The position numbers and the translations under genes are program-made. This document shows positions 11,685 through 21,740 of a stretch of DNA of 64,000 bases, piece by piece. The DNA is from Blastocladiella emersonii ATCC 22665 (lineage: Eukaryota > Fungi > Blastocladiomycota), in NCBI GenBank assembly GCA_025594325.1, contig JANHCV010000002.1:1798001-1862000 (forward strand). Reading direction: 5' to 3'. Numbering within the stretch: the stretch's first letter is position 1; the number at the start of each line of letters is the position of its first letter. A model generated the notes under the pieces. It had not been told where the DNA came from, made no database searches, and was given only the letters and a program-made list of their open reading frames with translations.

Positions 11685-13751
11685 ATGACCAAAGGACGGC
11701 CTAAAGCCATGACGACGCAGGACCGTGAGCGGCTTCTTGTCGAGGTCGCCCGCCTCGCGCAGAACCGCGAGTCGCGGCGGTACCCGCCCGAAGCGGCACT
11801 GGCGTTTGGCAGAGACCGCAAACCAATCATCCCCGTGAACGTCGGCGCCATCTCTGTCCCTCTCGCCGCCATCCTTGGTAGCCTGACAAGGGCCGACCTC
11901 TACAGCTACGCCCAGTGCCTCCTCGCCCCTGGCGAGCAAGGCCTTGGCACGACACTCTCGCAGCCGCAGTACTCTGACCTCCCGACGGCCCTCGCCGAGG
12001 CGCTCGACTCGCTCGACCTGCAGCAGGTGGGCGACAGCGAGGAGCTGCTATCACACTTTGGCAGGGCATGCGCACTCTTCCACAACGGCCAGTATGATGC
12101 ACTATTCTACCATCTCCTGCGCATGTACCCGGCTAGTGTGCTCGGCGGGCTCCTCCCAGACAACGTCCGCGTCAACCCCGCCACAGCCACCGCCACCACG
12201 TTCCTGTCGTTGTTTGGGCTCAGCCTCCGCCAGATCCTGGAGGGTAGTGGCCCTGACGGCTTTGCCATCACTGTCGAGCGCCCGCTCACTGCACTCATGG
12301 AGTACATCAGCTTGGTTGACATTCACATCATCAACGGGACCGCGCGGCGGCCGGTTGCTACGCACACGCTCCGCAAGGACAGACGCGCCGTCCACGTCCT
12401 CGAGTACCTGCCGGGTCGCCTGCTGCACGAGGCGGTTGCTGACTTCCTTGAGCTGACCGTCACCAGTGACGCCCTCGCCGCTCATTGTGCAAATGATCTT
12501 GTCCCGCACCTCCTCGCCATCGACCTCAAGAAGCGTGCTGCAAACGAGGGCCTCGAGGTGTCGTTTGAACCAGTTCGAGTACCCACTGTTGACCTTGGTG
12601 AGGGTATCATCAAGGACGCCTACGCATTCTACGCCGAGACCGACGAGACCGCTCTTGACCTCGCTCTCAGCCAGGAATGTACTGTTGGGTACGCACGCAT
12701 GACCACGCGTCCCATGAGTGCACTGACCGTCCCCCCTCACCATCGCCTTAGGGCCAAGAAGCTTGACCCGCAGTGCTACCTCGTCCGCGCCCCGCTTGCC
12801 ACAAGCGACTCATTCCAGGCCTCCGCTGCAGCCAAACCACCATCCGCTACACTCGCTCGCGTGTGGCCCGCCCAGATCGCCTTGATTACCAATCCCGCCA
12901 TAGCGGCACTTGCTCGGCTGCCAGAGCAGCGCGCCACCGCTCCGTCATTGTCAGAGTTTCACGCGCACAAGGCCGCAGCTCTCAACGCGTGCCACGCTGT
13001 ACGGTCCGTCCTCGCGACGCGCCTGCTTGTGGCCCATCCGCGCGCACCACCCGCCGCGCCCGGCTACATGCGCGCCACGCTGCAGGCCCGCCTTTGCGCC
13101 AACAACAAGCGGGCCAAGCACGAGGCCCTTTTCATGGTTTGGGTCAGACACACCTTCGCCGCCAAGCAGGTGCACCTCGCTATCATCCAGGCCGACAAGC
13201 TCCGCGGTCACGCACTCAAGTCGCCGGACGGTACCGAGGCCAACGCGATCCTGCACAAGACCGGCCTCCTCCATGAAGAGCTCCAACGGCAGCAGGCACG
13301 CGTCGCCGACGCCATGGACGCGATCGCCCCGCATCACGGACTCGTCGCCGTCGCCTGCAAGTACACGCAGAAAATCAAGGACATGGGCATCGATCTCGAC
13401 GGCCTGCAGGCGGCAAGTTGGGCGACCCCGCGTCGCCGCCGGGTAGCCCCTCCCGCTGCGCCTGAGCACGTCCAGCCGCTGATCCGCCCTCGCACCCTCC
13501 TCCCGGCGTTCGCCGCGGCGGAGCGGTACCTGACGTTCGCGCTCATCCGCCGACTGGACGGCTGGCACGCCTACTCGCCCCGAGGTCCCCGCAACAAGGA
13601 CTGGGTCACGTTCCCCAACGGTGGCGTGCCACGTAGCGTGTCCCTCACGCAGATCAAGGGCGGGCTGACCATTGGGAACATCTGCAGGACTGCGCGCGTC
13701 TTGCACATCCAGTTCTTTGGCGCGATCTTTGCCATGCCCGCAGTCTTTTGA
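11685..13751 (+). CDS. Hypothetical protein (about 688 aa), apparently intronless
   Basis: Uninterrupted ORF with globular-looking composition from AAC ATG ACC (MTKGRPK). No motif recognised. Confidence 0.55.
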   Translation: MTKGRPKAMTTQDRERLLVEVARLAQNRESRRYPPEAALAFGRDRKPIIPVNVGAISVPLAAILGSLTRADLYSYAQCLLAPGEQGLGTTLSQPQYSDLPTALAEALDSLDLQQVGDSEELLSHFGRACALFHNGQYDALFYHLLRMYPASVLGGLLPDNVRVNPATATATTFLSLFGLSLRQILEGSGPDGFAITVERPLTALMEYISLVDIHIINGTARRPVATHTLRKDRRAVHVLEYLPGRLLHEAVADFLELTVTSDALAAHCANDLVPHLLAIDLKKRAANEGLEVSFEPVRVPTVDLGEGIIKDAYAFYAETDETALDLALSQECTVGYARMTTRPMSALTVPPHHRLRAKKLDPQCYLVRAPLATSDSFQASAAAKPPSATLARVWPAQIALITNPAIAALARLPEQRATAPSLSEFHAHKAAALNACHAVRSVLATRLLVAHPRAPPAAPGYMRATLQARLCANNKRAKHEALFMVWVRHTFAAKQVHLAIIQADKLRGHALKSPDGTEANAILHKTGLLHEELQRQQARVADAMDAIAPHHGLVAVACKYTQKIKDMGIDLDGLQAASWATPRRRRVAPPAAPEHVQPLIRPRTLLPAFAAAERYLTFALIRRLDGWHAYSPRGPRNKDWVTFPNGGVPRSVSLTQIKGGLTIGNICRTARVLHIQFFGAIFAMPAVF

Positions 13752-14271
13752 CCTTATCCCTGTGTTGCTGAGGTTTCCTCTTGTAAACTACCGTTCACCG
13801 CAAGGTGACACGTATGATACTATACACCTCACGTGCACGCGTGCCTCGCGTCTCGCGTTTGTTCGTCCGCTTGTTACTGACGCGCGACGCGTTGCAACAC
13901 GTCCACCCCACCCCGGTTTGCGGACAGCCGCATCCATCTCACTCCCGCCCTCTCTCCCGCTTTTGCAAAGAAACGACAGACAGTAGACCCTCGCTATGAC
14001 TGCACATGCAAACCATCCATCTTTAGTGCCGCCGTGCGCAGCACCACCACCGCTGCCAAGCGATGGACCGCCCGGGTCGCCGCCGATCCGGAGTCCCGCC
14101 ACCGTCCTCGACGTCCCGACCACGACGCCGCCCGCCGACCGCGCCGAGTGTACTTGAGTCTCTCTCTCAGCGCACCGATTCGTCCGTGGTCGTAACCGCT
14201 CGCCGCGCCGTCTAGCGTCCGTGACCCTTGAAGCGCTCGGCCACAGCGGCACCCACCTCGTAGCGACCGCG

Positions 14272-17161
14272 ATGCCGCCATGCCACGACGTTGACGGCGA
14301 CTCGGGCAGCGACGACGAGGACGAGGATGTCGGCCTCGACGCGTTCCCGTCAGCCATTGGTAGCGACCCCAAACTCGCGCCCTCCCCGTGGCGCCGCGAG
14401 TCGCGCGTTGTCACCTCAGGCGCCACGCTCAACGCGACCGCCGCTGATCCCTCGTCGCGCCCGGACCTCGCCGTCTCCGCTGCCAAGTCGGTCGCCGTCG
14501 CACCTCCACCACCGCAGCCGGCGGCCGTGGCGACCAAGGACGATGTGGTTGGCCCGATTGACCACCTGATCCGCTTCATCTCGACGCAATCAACAACGCC
14601 CATCTACCCGCGGTGGTTCGGCGACATTTCGCGCCTTCACTTTGGCTTTACGTGCGCGCTCGGGTGCCTGTGGGTCTTCAACCAGGTCCAGATCGCGCAG
14701 TGGGTTGCCGCCGACCTGGCCACGGCCCCGCTGCTGTCGCGCGCGTGGTTGACGCGGCGGCCAGGAACAAGCGATACGAGGTTCACGGACGCCATCACGC
14801 TCGTGTTCCTCGCCGCGTACGTCAAGGAGCTCGTGCGGCTCGCCATGTGGCTCCACCTCGTTCTCGTTCGACGCGTAACGGCGTTCTCCAAGTACCAATA
14901 CGGTGCGTTCCGCGCGCGTGAAGCGCGGTCGTGGCCACGCTGACCATCGCGCCGCGTGTGTAGCCTTTGTCACGTACTCGGGCCTCATGCTCCCGCTCCT
15001 CTTCACCTCGTCGCACCACGTCTCGGCCATCGTCAAGTCCAAGGCCTACGACGTGATCGTCTCGCCCGAGGGTACTCATCTTCCTCCCGCACACATCCTC
15101 GCCCCACCCACTAACCCCTCCCGCAAACCTAGTCGTGATCCTAGACCTCGTCACCGTGGACCTACCCCAAGCCGCCAAAGCCATCTACGCCTTCTACCGC
15201 GGCACCGCGACGGGCAGCGCGCAGCTGACCTCCCTGTGGACCACCGTGTCGGTCGGCTTCAAGATGTCCCGCTTCCTTTGGAAGGTCGTCCTCGCGATCC
15301 ACCAGCAACAACTCATTCAGCGCGCGCGCGCGCGCCGGTCGCTCGCGCTGCTCGAGTGGACGCACGCGCTGCAGCACGCCGTCGGCGTCGTCGGGTCGCC
15401 CGCCGCGGCCTCCGCCGTCGCCGCCCGCATGCCGCGCGCGGTTCTCGCGTCGGGCGGACGCGATCCAACGGCCCGCGCCGTCGACGAGTTCACGCCCGTC
15501 CTGACGTCCGTGCTTGAGTGCACCGCGATCGTCGGGCACCAGGCACTCTGGCGCGTGCTTCGCGGCGTGCCCGTCGGTAGCGGCGCGAGCCTCGCAAGCG
15601 GGGGAGGAGGGGCGGGCGGGCTCGGGTCCGCGAGAGAGCTGCGGCTCGCGGCGAAAGAAACTCGGCTCGCGCTCGCGCTCCGCGGACCCGCCGCCACGTC
15701 GCAGCCCGGGTCGGCCGCCGGGTCCGCGGGGAATCTGGGGACCAGCGAGACGCTGACGGGCGGCGGCGCGCGGTCGCCGTCGGGCAGCGTGACGGCCGTG
15801 GCCACGCGCGCCGCGGCTGCCGCGCAGGCGCCAAGGAAGGGCAGCATCGTGGCCCTGACGACCGGCGTGCTCAAGCGGTGGTCGCTGACCGGCGGCAGCG
15901 GCGCCAGTCCCGCGGCATCCACCGAGTCCGCTGACGCTCCTCCCGGGGCCCCGGTCCCTGCGGACCCCGTCGAGCAGGAACTCTGCGCGGTGGTCCTCGC
16001 GCACGCCGACGCGCTGGCGTACCTCGAGCGCACGCCGCCGCTCGATGTGGTGGTGACGGACGACGTGGTGGCCGCGGTGCGCGCGGTCTGGGGCACGCGC
16101 GCGATGCAGGCCGTCGTGAGCAGGGTGCGCGACGCGCCGGCGGCCGCGTGGCACGACCGCGTCATGGCGGCGTGGCCGCGCGATGTCACGGCTACGATGC
16201 GCGCGGGCGAGGTCGTTGGGATGCTTGCGTTTAGGCTCAAGCTCGTCGCCTTGTACGCTCACTCGCAACGATGACGACGGTGATGGATCCTGACCCCTCG
16301 CGCGTGTAGCTGCCTCGATCGGAGCGAAAAGTTCCTGCGGCGGTCGGCCCGGCTCAAGGTCAACGACGTGATGCAGTGCCCGCACTCGGCCGCCGAGATG
16401 GTCCTCGGCGACGCATTCGGGGTGCCCGCCGCACCGCGCGTCGTGTCCCGCGCCGACCTCACGTTCGCACTGTTCCCGCTCGCGCCCGCGGGCATGGCGA
16501 TGCAGAGCAAGCTGGTACGCTCACTCTTCCGTCCCGAGAAGTTGGTTGGGCAGGACTGATGCGTTCAAGTGTAGCTCGACCTGGCCAACCTGTTTGTCGT
16601 GACGCTGCACCTCGACGAGTTTGACGTGGTCGTGCCCGCGACCGCGGGGCCGACCGGCGAGCCAAGAAGGCCATCGACCAGCGATGGTCACGCCGCTGGA
16701 GGCGAGACGACGCAGCTCCTCGAGACGATCCGGCTCGTCGAGCAGCTCCTGCCCGTGCGTGAGCGCGGCCGGAGGGTGATTCTCGTGTGTCTCGGCGTAC
16801 CCGAGTTCAAGGTCCGTGGTCGGTGCCCTTCTCGTGATCCATCCACCAACTGACCCCGCTCTACGGCGTGTGTGTGTAGGAGAAGCTGGCCGCGGGCACC
16901 ATCTCGCCCGATTTCCTGCGCCGGCACTACCGTAAGCTCGTCCACCTCGCCGGCGGCGGCCGCGACCCGCGCGACCTGTGGGACAGCGGCGCCGTGGCCG
17001 AGTACCTGCGTCAGGCGCTAGCCAAGGTAAACCCAGTCGCGCGCGCGGCGCTGCTGACGGACGAGAACGGGCTCGACGCGTGCATGCTGGCGCTGCTGCT
17101 CGAGTTTGACGTGCGCACGCAGCAGGGGTTGTTGAATACCGCGGATATCGCCATGGAGTAA
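14272..17161 (+). CDS. Multi-pass membrane protein fused to a degenerate heterotrimeric G-protein alpha-like domain (about 860 aa); exons 14272-14902, 14964-15071, 15133-16252, 16310-16514, 16575-16811, 16880-17161
   Basis: Five canonical GT-AG introns join the exons in frame (2583 nt). About 4-5 hydrophobic helices are followed by segments colinear with G-alpha, e.g. FCLDRSEKFLRRSARLKVNDVMQ, DLTFALF, LHLDEFDVVV, VILVCLGVPEFKEKL and LLTDENGL. Confidence 0.7.
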
Positions 17162-17207
17162 AGTCGATCAGCTGTATCATGTTCATCTAAAATCTTCACC
17201 CTTTCAT

Positions 17208-18276
17208 CTACACGGCCACCACATCGATCGCGGCCTCGGCGCGCTCCTCGGGCGTCACGTCCAGCAGCCGCTCAATGTCGCGCTTGCTCTGGACCAGGCG
17301 CAGCTCGTGCTTGCGCAGCACGTCGGCGCGCGAGTCCTCGCCTTCGCGGAGCTGCGACTGCGCGTACGCGTGCGTCGTGTGCAGCACGCGCTGCATGACC
17401 CACACGGCGTTGGCCGCCGTCGTCGCCGCGTCGAGACCCGCGTCGCCGCCCTCGGCGACCTTGATCGCGCCCGCACGACCCTCGGGCCGCCACGCGCCGC
17501 GCGCCGCGAGCGTGCCGGCGATCAGGCCCGAGAACAGGTCGCCGGTGCCCGTGAAGTGCGCCGTCATGCGCGGGAACCGCACGGTCCACGCGGCGTCGGC
17601 GATCGCGTCGTAGACGAGGAGGGCGAGGGTCGACGCGATCGCGACGTCGGGCGTGTCGAGCGTCGTGATGAAGACGAGCGCGGCTCCGCCCATGGCGGCG
17701 AGCGCGCGCGCCGCGGTCACGGCGGACATCGCCGAGTCGATGGTCACGCCCGAAAGCAGCTCGGCCTCGAACTGGTTCGGCGTCATGACGTCGGCCATGG
17801 GAAGGAAGTGCGTCTTGTAGTGGTCGATCATCTCGGGCGGGAGGTACAGCTTGCCGTTGTCGCCGAGGACGGGGTCGAGGACTAGAGAGGCTCGGCGCGC
17901 GTGAGCGTTGGTAGGACGCAGCGGGTGCGCGCGATCACGTACGGTACAGGGCGTTGGCGCTGCGCGTCTTGACGTCCTTGATCCCAGCCGCGACAGTCGG
18001 CACGCCCTCGGGGAGGCCCATGTAGCCCGTCAGGATCACGCTGTAGTCGGTGTCGTGGCCGTTGGCCTTGAGGGCCTCGAAGACGCCGGCGAAATGGGCG
18101 GCGTCGAAGCGCGTGCCGCGGATCGTCGGGTACCCCGAGTGGTTCGACACCTGGACCGTGTTGAAGGCGTCCACCTCGTTGCCGAGCAGCTGCAGCGGGA
18201 ACACGGCCGACATGTTGCCGACGTGCCCGTGCACGACGTGCGACTGGATCGCGAGGACGCGGCGCGAAGTCGTCAT
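17208..18276 (-). CDS. BUD16: Pyridoxal kinase (PfkB/ribokinase family, 335 aa); intron 17942-17882
   Basis: RVLAIQSHVVHGHVGN, NTVQVSNHSGY, LTGY, LDPVLGDNGKLY, TPNQFEAELL and FTGTGDLF motifs. Confidence 0.92.
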
Positions 18277-18592
18277 GGCTTTAGTTGATACGTTGCAGGG
18301 GTACGGCGGCAAGGGGAGCGTGGATGGGTTGAGTGGCGAAGGCGGCGAGGGTGGGTGGCGCCGGCCGCGGACAATACTCGCACGTGAGACGGAGACATTT
18401 TTTTGTAATCGCGTCCATCGCGTTGGGAAAGCGGATGGACCCCTGACTCATGCTGCGTCATGCACGCACACGCGTCCGAGACGGGCGTCTCCCGCCCCAC
18501 GCTCCTCGCCGCGGCCGCAGCGATGGACAAGCCAGCGGCGATCCTCGCTCTCCCAATACAAGGACCCTACATTGCAACGTATTGCAATCACC

Positions 18593-19843
18593 ATGACGGC
18601 CGTCAGCGCACGCCAAAACCTCCCGCTCCTCGTGCCGTTCGCGCGCCAGTTTTACATGAGCGGCTACCAGTCCGCGCGCGTCGTGGCCGACCCGTTCGGC
18701 AGCGGCGCGACGTTCGGCGGGGACCTGCCGCCGCCCGGCCCGCTGTCGTCGAGCAGCGACGCGCCCGCGCTGACGACGCAGGTGCAGAAGGTTGCGCTGC
18801 ACCTCCGCGAGTCGGCCAAGCACGCGCTCGAGGTGACGGCGTCCCGCGTGCGCGACCCCGGCGGGGACACGGCCGAGCTGCACGTCTCGGTCGCGACGCA
18901 GATCGGGTGCCGGCACAACTGCTCGTACTGCGTCTCGTCGCGGCTCGGCGGCCTGCGCCGCAACCTCAACCTCGAGGAGATGCTCGCCCAGGTAATGTAT
19001 TTCCGCGCGCCCGGCGCGTTCGCCGAGGAGGAGGGGGCCGACGCTGAGCTCGCCGCCGCAAGAGGAGGCGGTGGTGGTGTCGCGTCGGTGCCACTGCTCG
19101 ACTTTGACCCGGCCACGGTCGGCGGCCACGGCCAGCTGCCCGCCGACTACCTCGCGCCGCTGACGAGCGTGTCGCTGCACGGCCACGGCGAACCGCTCGA
19201 CAACCCCGAGACGCTCGACTTTCTCGACTTTCTGCGGTCGCCGAGCTACAACGCGGCGTTCGGTGCGTCGCCGCGCACCAGCGTCTCGACCGTCGGCATC
19301 CTGGGCCCACTCGACGAGCTGCTCGCCGACTTCCCCGACACGGCCGTCGCGTGGACGCTGACGACGCCGTTCGCCGAGCATCGGCTGCAGCTCATGCGCA
19401 GCGTCGAGGAGCACAGCCCGCTGGACCGCGTGCTCGGCCTCATGCACTCGCACGCAAGGCGGCGCGCGGTGCCCAACCTCACGGTCAGCTACCTCCTGCT
19501 CGCCGGCATCAACGACTCGCGCGACCACCTCGACGCGCTCGTGCGGCTCGTTCGGCCGACCGGGCTCCCCGTCTCGCTCATCCAGTTCCACCCGGTGCTC
19601 ACCGACATGGCCGTCCCGCCCTCGCCACCACCATCGCCCGCTGTCGAAGCGCCACCACGGCCGTCGCCTCGGCTACAGCAGCGCATGCTACGGCGCAAGT
19701 CGCCGCTGCCGCAGCTCCCGCCGTTCGGCCGGTTCGAGCCCAGCTCGCCCGCGACCCTCGACCGCTGGCACCGCGACCTCACCCGGCTCGGCGTCGCGGC
19801 GAGCGTCCAGCAGTACTTTGAGTTCCCCTCGCTCTCGGTGTGA
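18593..19843 (+). CDS. RlmN/Cfr-family radical SAM protein, divergent
   Basis: TQIGCRHNCSYC (CxxxCxxC), RNLNLEEMLAQV, GHGEPLDN, SVSTVGI, TPFAEHRLQLM and YLLLAGINDS, in the order found in RlmN/Cfr. Confidence 0.8.
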   Translation: MTAVSARQNLPLLVPFARQFYMSGYQSARVVADPFGSGATFGGDLPPPGPLSSSSDAPALTTQVQKVALHLRESAKHALEVTASRVRDPGGDTAELHVSVATQIGCRHNCSYCVSSRLGGLRRNLNLEEMLAQVMYFRAPGAFAEEEGADAELAAARGGGGGVASVPLLDFDPATVGGHGQLPADYLAPLTSVSLHGHGEPLDNPETLDFLDFLRSPSYNAAFGASPRTSVSTVGILGPLDELLADFPDTAVAWTLTTPFAEHRLQLMRSVEEHSPLDRVLGLMHSHARRRAVPNLTVSYLLLAGINDSRDHLDALVRLVRPTGLPVSLIQFHPVLTDMAVPPSPPPSPAVEAPPRPSPRLQQRMLRRKSPLPQLPPFGRFEPSSPATLDRWHRDLTRLGVAASVQQYFEFPSLSV

Positions 19844-20269
19844 TCACGCTGCCTGTATATTTGGTTCTATTGCACTCGTTCACTATACAATACCCGTCGG
19901 AAGTGTGCCACTCAGACCGCGTCGCGATGAGCGGAGCGATAGAAGTCGCAAAGGGAGGAGCGAAAAATGTCTCGCACGGCTGTCTCCCGCGCCTCACGTG
20001 CCCCACGTCGCGTCCCGTTTCGCCTTCACCGCACTCTGTCAGTCGGCCTCGGGGCTTGGCGCGCGCGCGCATGCAAGGCAGTCGGCCAGTCGCTCATGAT
20101 CCATGCGGTTATCGTGTCTCCCGCCCTCTGCATGCACTCGCCCGGGTCGGGCCTACAAGACCCAGCGCTCCGCTCCGTTCTCCTCCCTCGCCCTCCAACA
20201 CAGCATCTCGCTTCGACTTCCCGTCCCCTCGACTTGCATCCCCTAAACTAGAAGCGAATCATCAACAAC

Positions 20270-21448
20270 ATGCCGTTCAACTCGATGCGCATCTTCACGG
20301 TCCTGTTCGTGGTCGTGGCCGTCTACTTTGCCAGCAACGACCCCGCCGTCGAGAAGGCCCGTGTCAAGGAGGCCATCCGCCGCGCGCCTGTCGCGTGTAC
20401 GTTTCCGTGGGTTCGCGTTGCGGGACCCGGTCGCTCACACTCGACTGCCGTGTAGACGTGCCGCCGGCGTCGCAGTGCACGGCCACGGGCAAGCTCGCCC
20501 TGACCTTCGTACGCGGCTCATTCGGCGAGTCGTATCCCGCGATCCAGCAAGGCTCACACCCATGTCTCCCACGTGTAGAACAACGGCGTGTCGCTGTCGA
20601 ACACGCCCGTGGTGCTCGACGTGCTCAAGAGCGCCAACGTGCCGGCGACCTTCTACGTGTCGTCCGAGTGGGTCGGCAACATCACGCTGGTCGACGCGCT
20701 GCTGCGCCGCATGCTGGCCGAGGGCCACACGGTCGGCATCTCGTGGTTCGGCGACGACCCGCGCAACCTGACCGAGACGCAGCTCAAGGAGTCGCTGATC
20801 GCGCAGTCGCTCAAGATCTACAACGCGGCGGGCGTCCACCCGCGCATGCTCCGGTTCCCCTACAACCAGCACAACCAGGCCGTGGCCGCGGTCGCCGACT
20901 CGCTCGGGTTCGTCACATCGCTGTGGAACATTGACCCCGCCGACTACATGATGTGCGACTCGTACGTCAAGCCGGCCGGCGTCACGTACACGGGGACCAA
21001 CATCACGGCCGCGTACCAGACGCAGTTCGACCTGTTCAAGACGGCCGGCGGCCTCAAGGGCGCGTTCATTGGCGTGAGCAGTGACCTCTGCCCGGTGGGC
21101 CCCGCCATCGGCAGCGTGATCCAGCTCGCCAAGGAGTACAACTACAAGCTGGTCGACATCAACGACTGCCTCGCTGCCGGCGGCTCGTACCGCGCCGCCT
21201 CGGACAAGCCCGGCGTCCTGGTCCCCGGCTCGTCGTCGACCACGTCGACGGCCGGCAGCGGCACCGCGTCGTCGTCCAAGACGTCGACCTCGTCGTCGAC
21301 GGCCACCTCGTCGTCGGCCAAGCCCACGTCCTCGTCGTCGGCCCAGCCCATCAACACGACCATCTCGGCCGGCGCCTCGTTCAACATCCCCTCGGCCACG
21401 GTTCTCCTCGTCGCGCTCGTTGCCGCGGTGTTCCAGGCCCTCCTCTAA
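20270..21448 (+). CDS. Polysaccharide (chitin) deacetylase-fold NodB protein with Ser/Thr stalk and GPI-like C-terminus (349 aa); exons 20270-20396, 20456-20508, 20579-21448
   Basis: N-terminal hydrophobic signal, then KLALTF-NNG, LDVLKSANVPATFYV, LAEGHTVG, LRFPY and WNIDPADY. S/T-rich linker and hydrophobic tail ATVLLVALVAAVFQALL. Confidence 0.85.
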
Positions 21449-21740
21449 TCACCGCCGCCGACGCGCACGCGCTTCCTCTATACCCTCCGGTGCCCGCCAC
21501 CGGAGCTCGTTGTTGTGGTGATGTCGAGTAGTGTTTGGCTTTTATAAAACTTGTTTCCTCGTTCCTCTCCGCGTGGATGTGGATTGGATGGTCGTCGTCG
21601 ACGCGAGATCGGTGGCCGTGGCGGCGACCGCGCGCTCGTTCGCGCCAAATCCTCACGTGAGTGGCTGCGAGGCAGATCTGTCTCCACTTCGGCCCTCGCC
21701 GCCGTCACCTCTCCCCTCTCCGCTGACCCAACACGTCACC

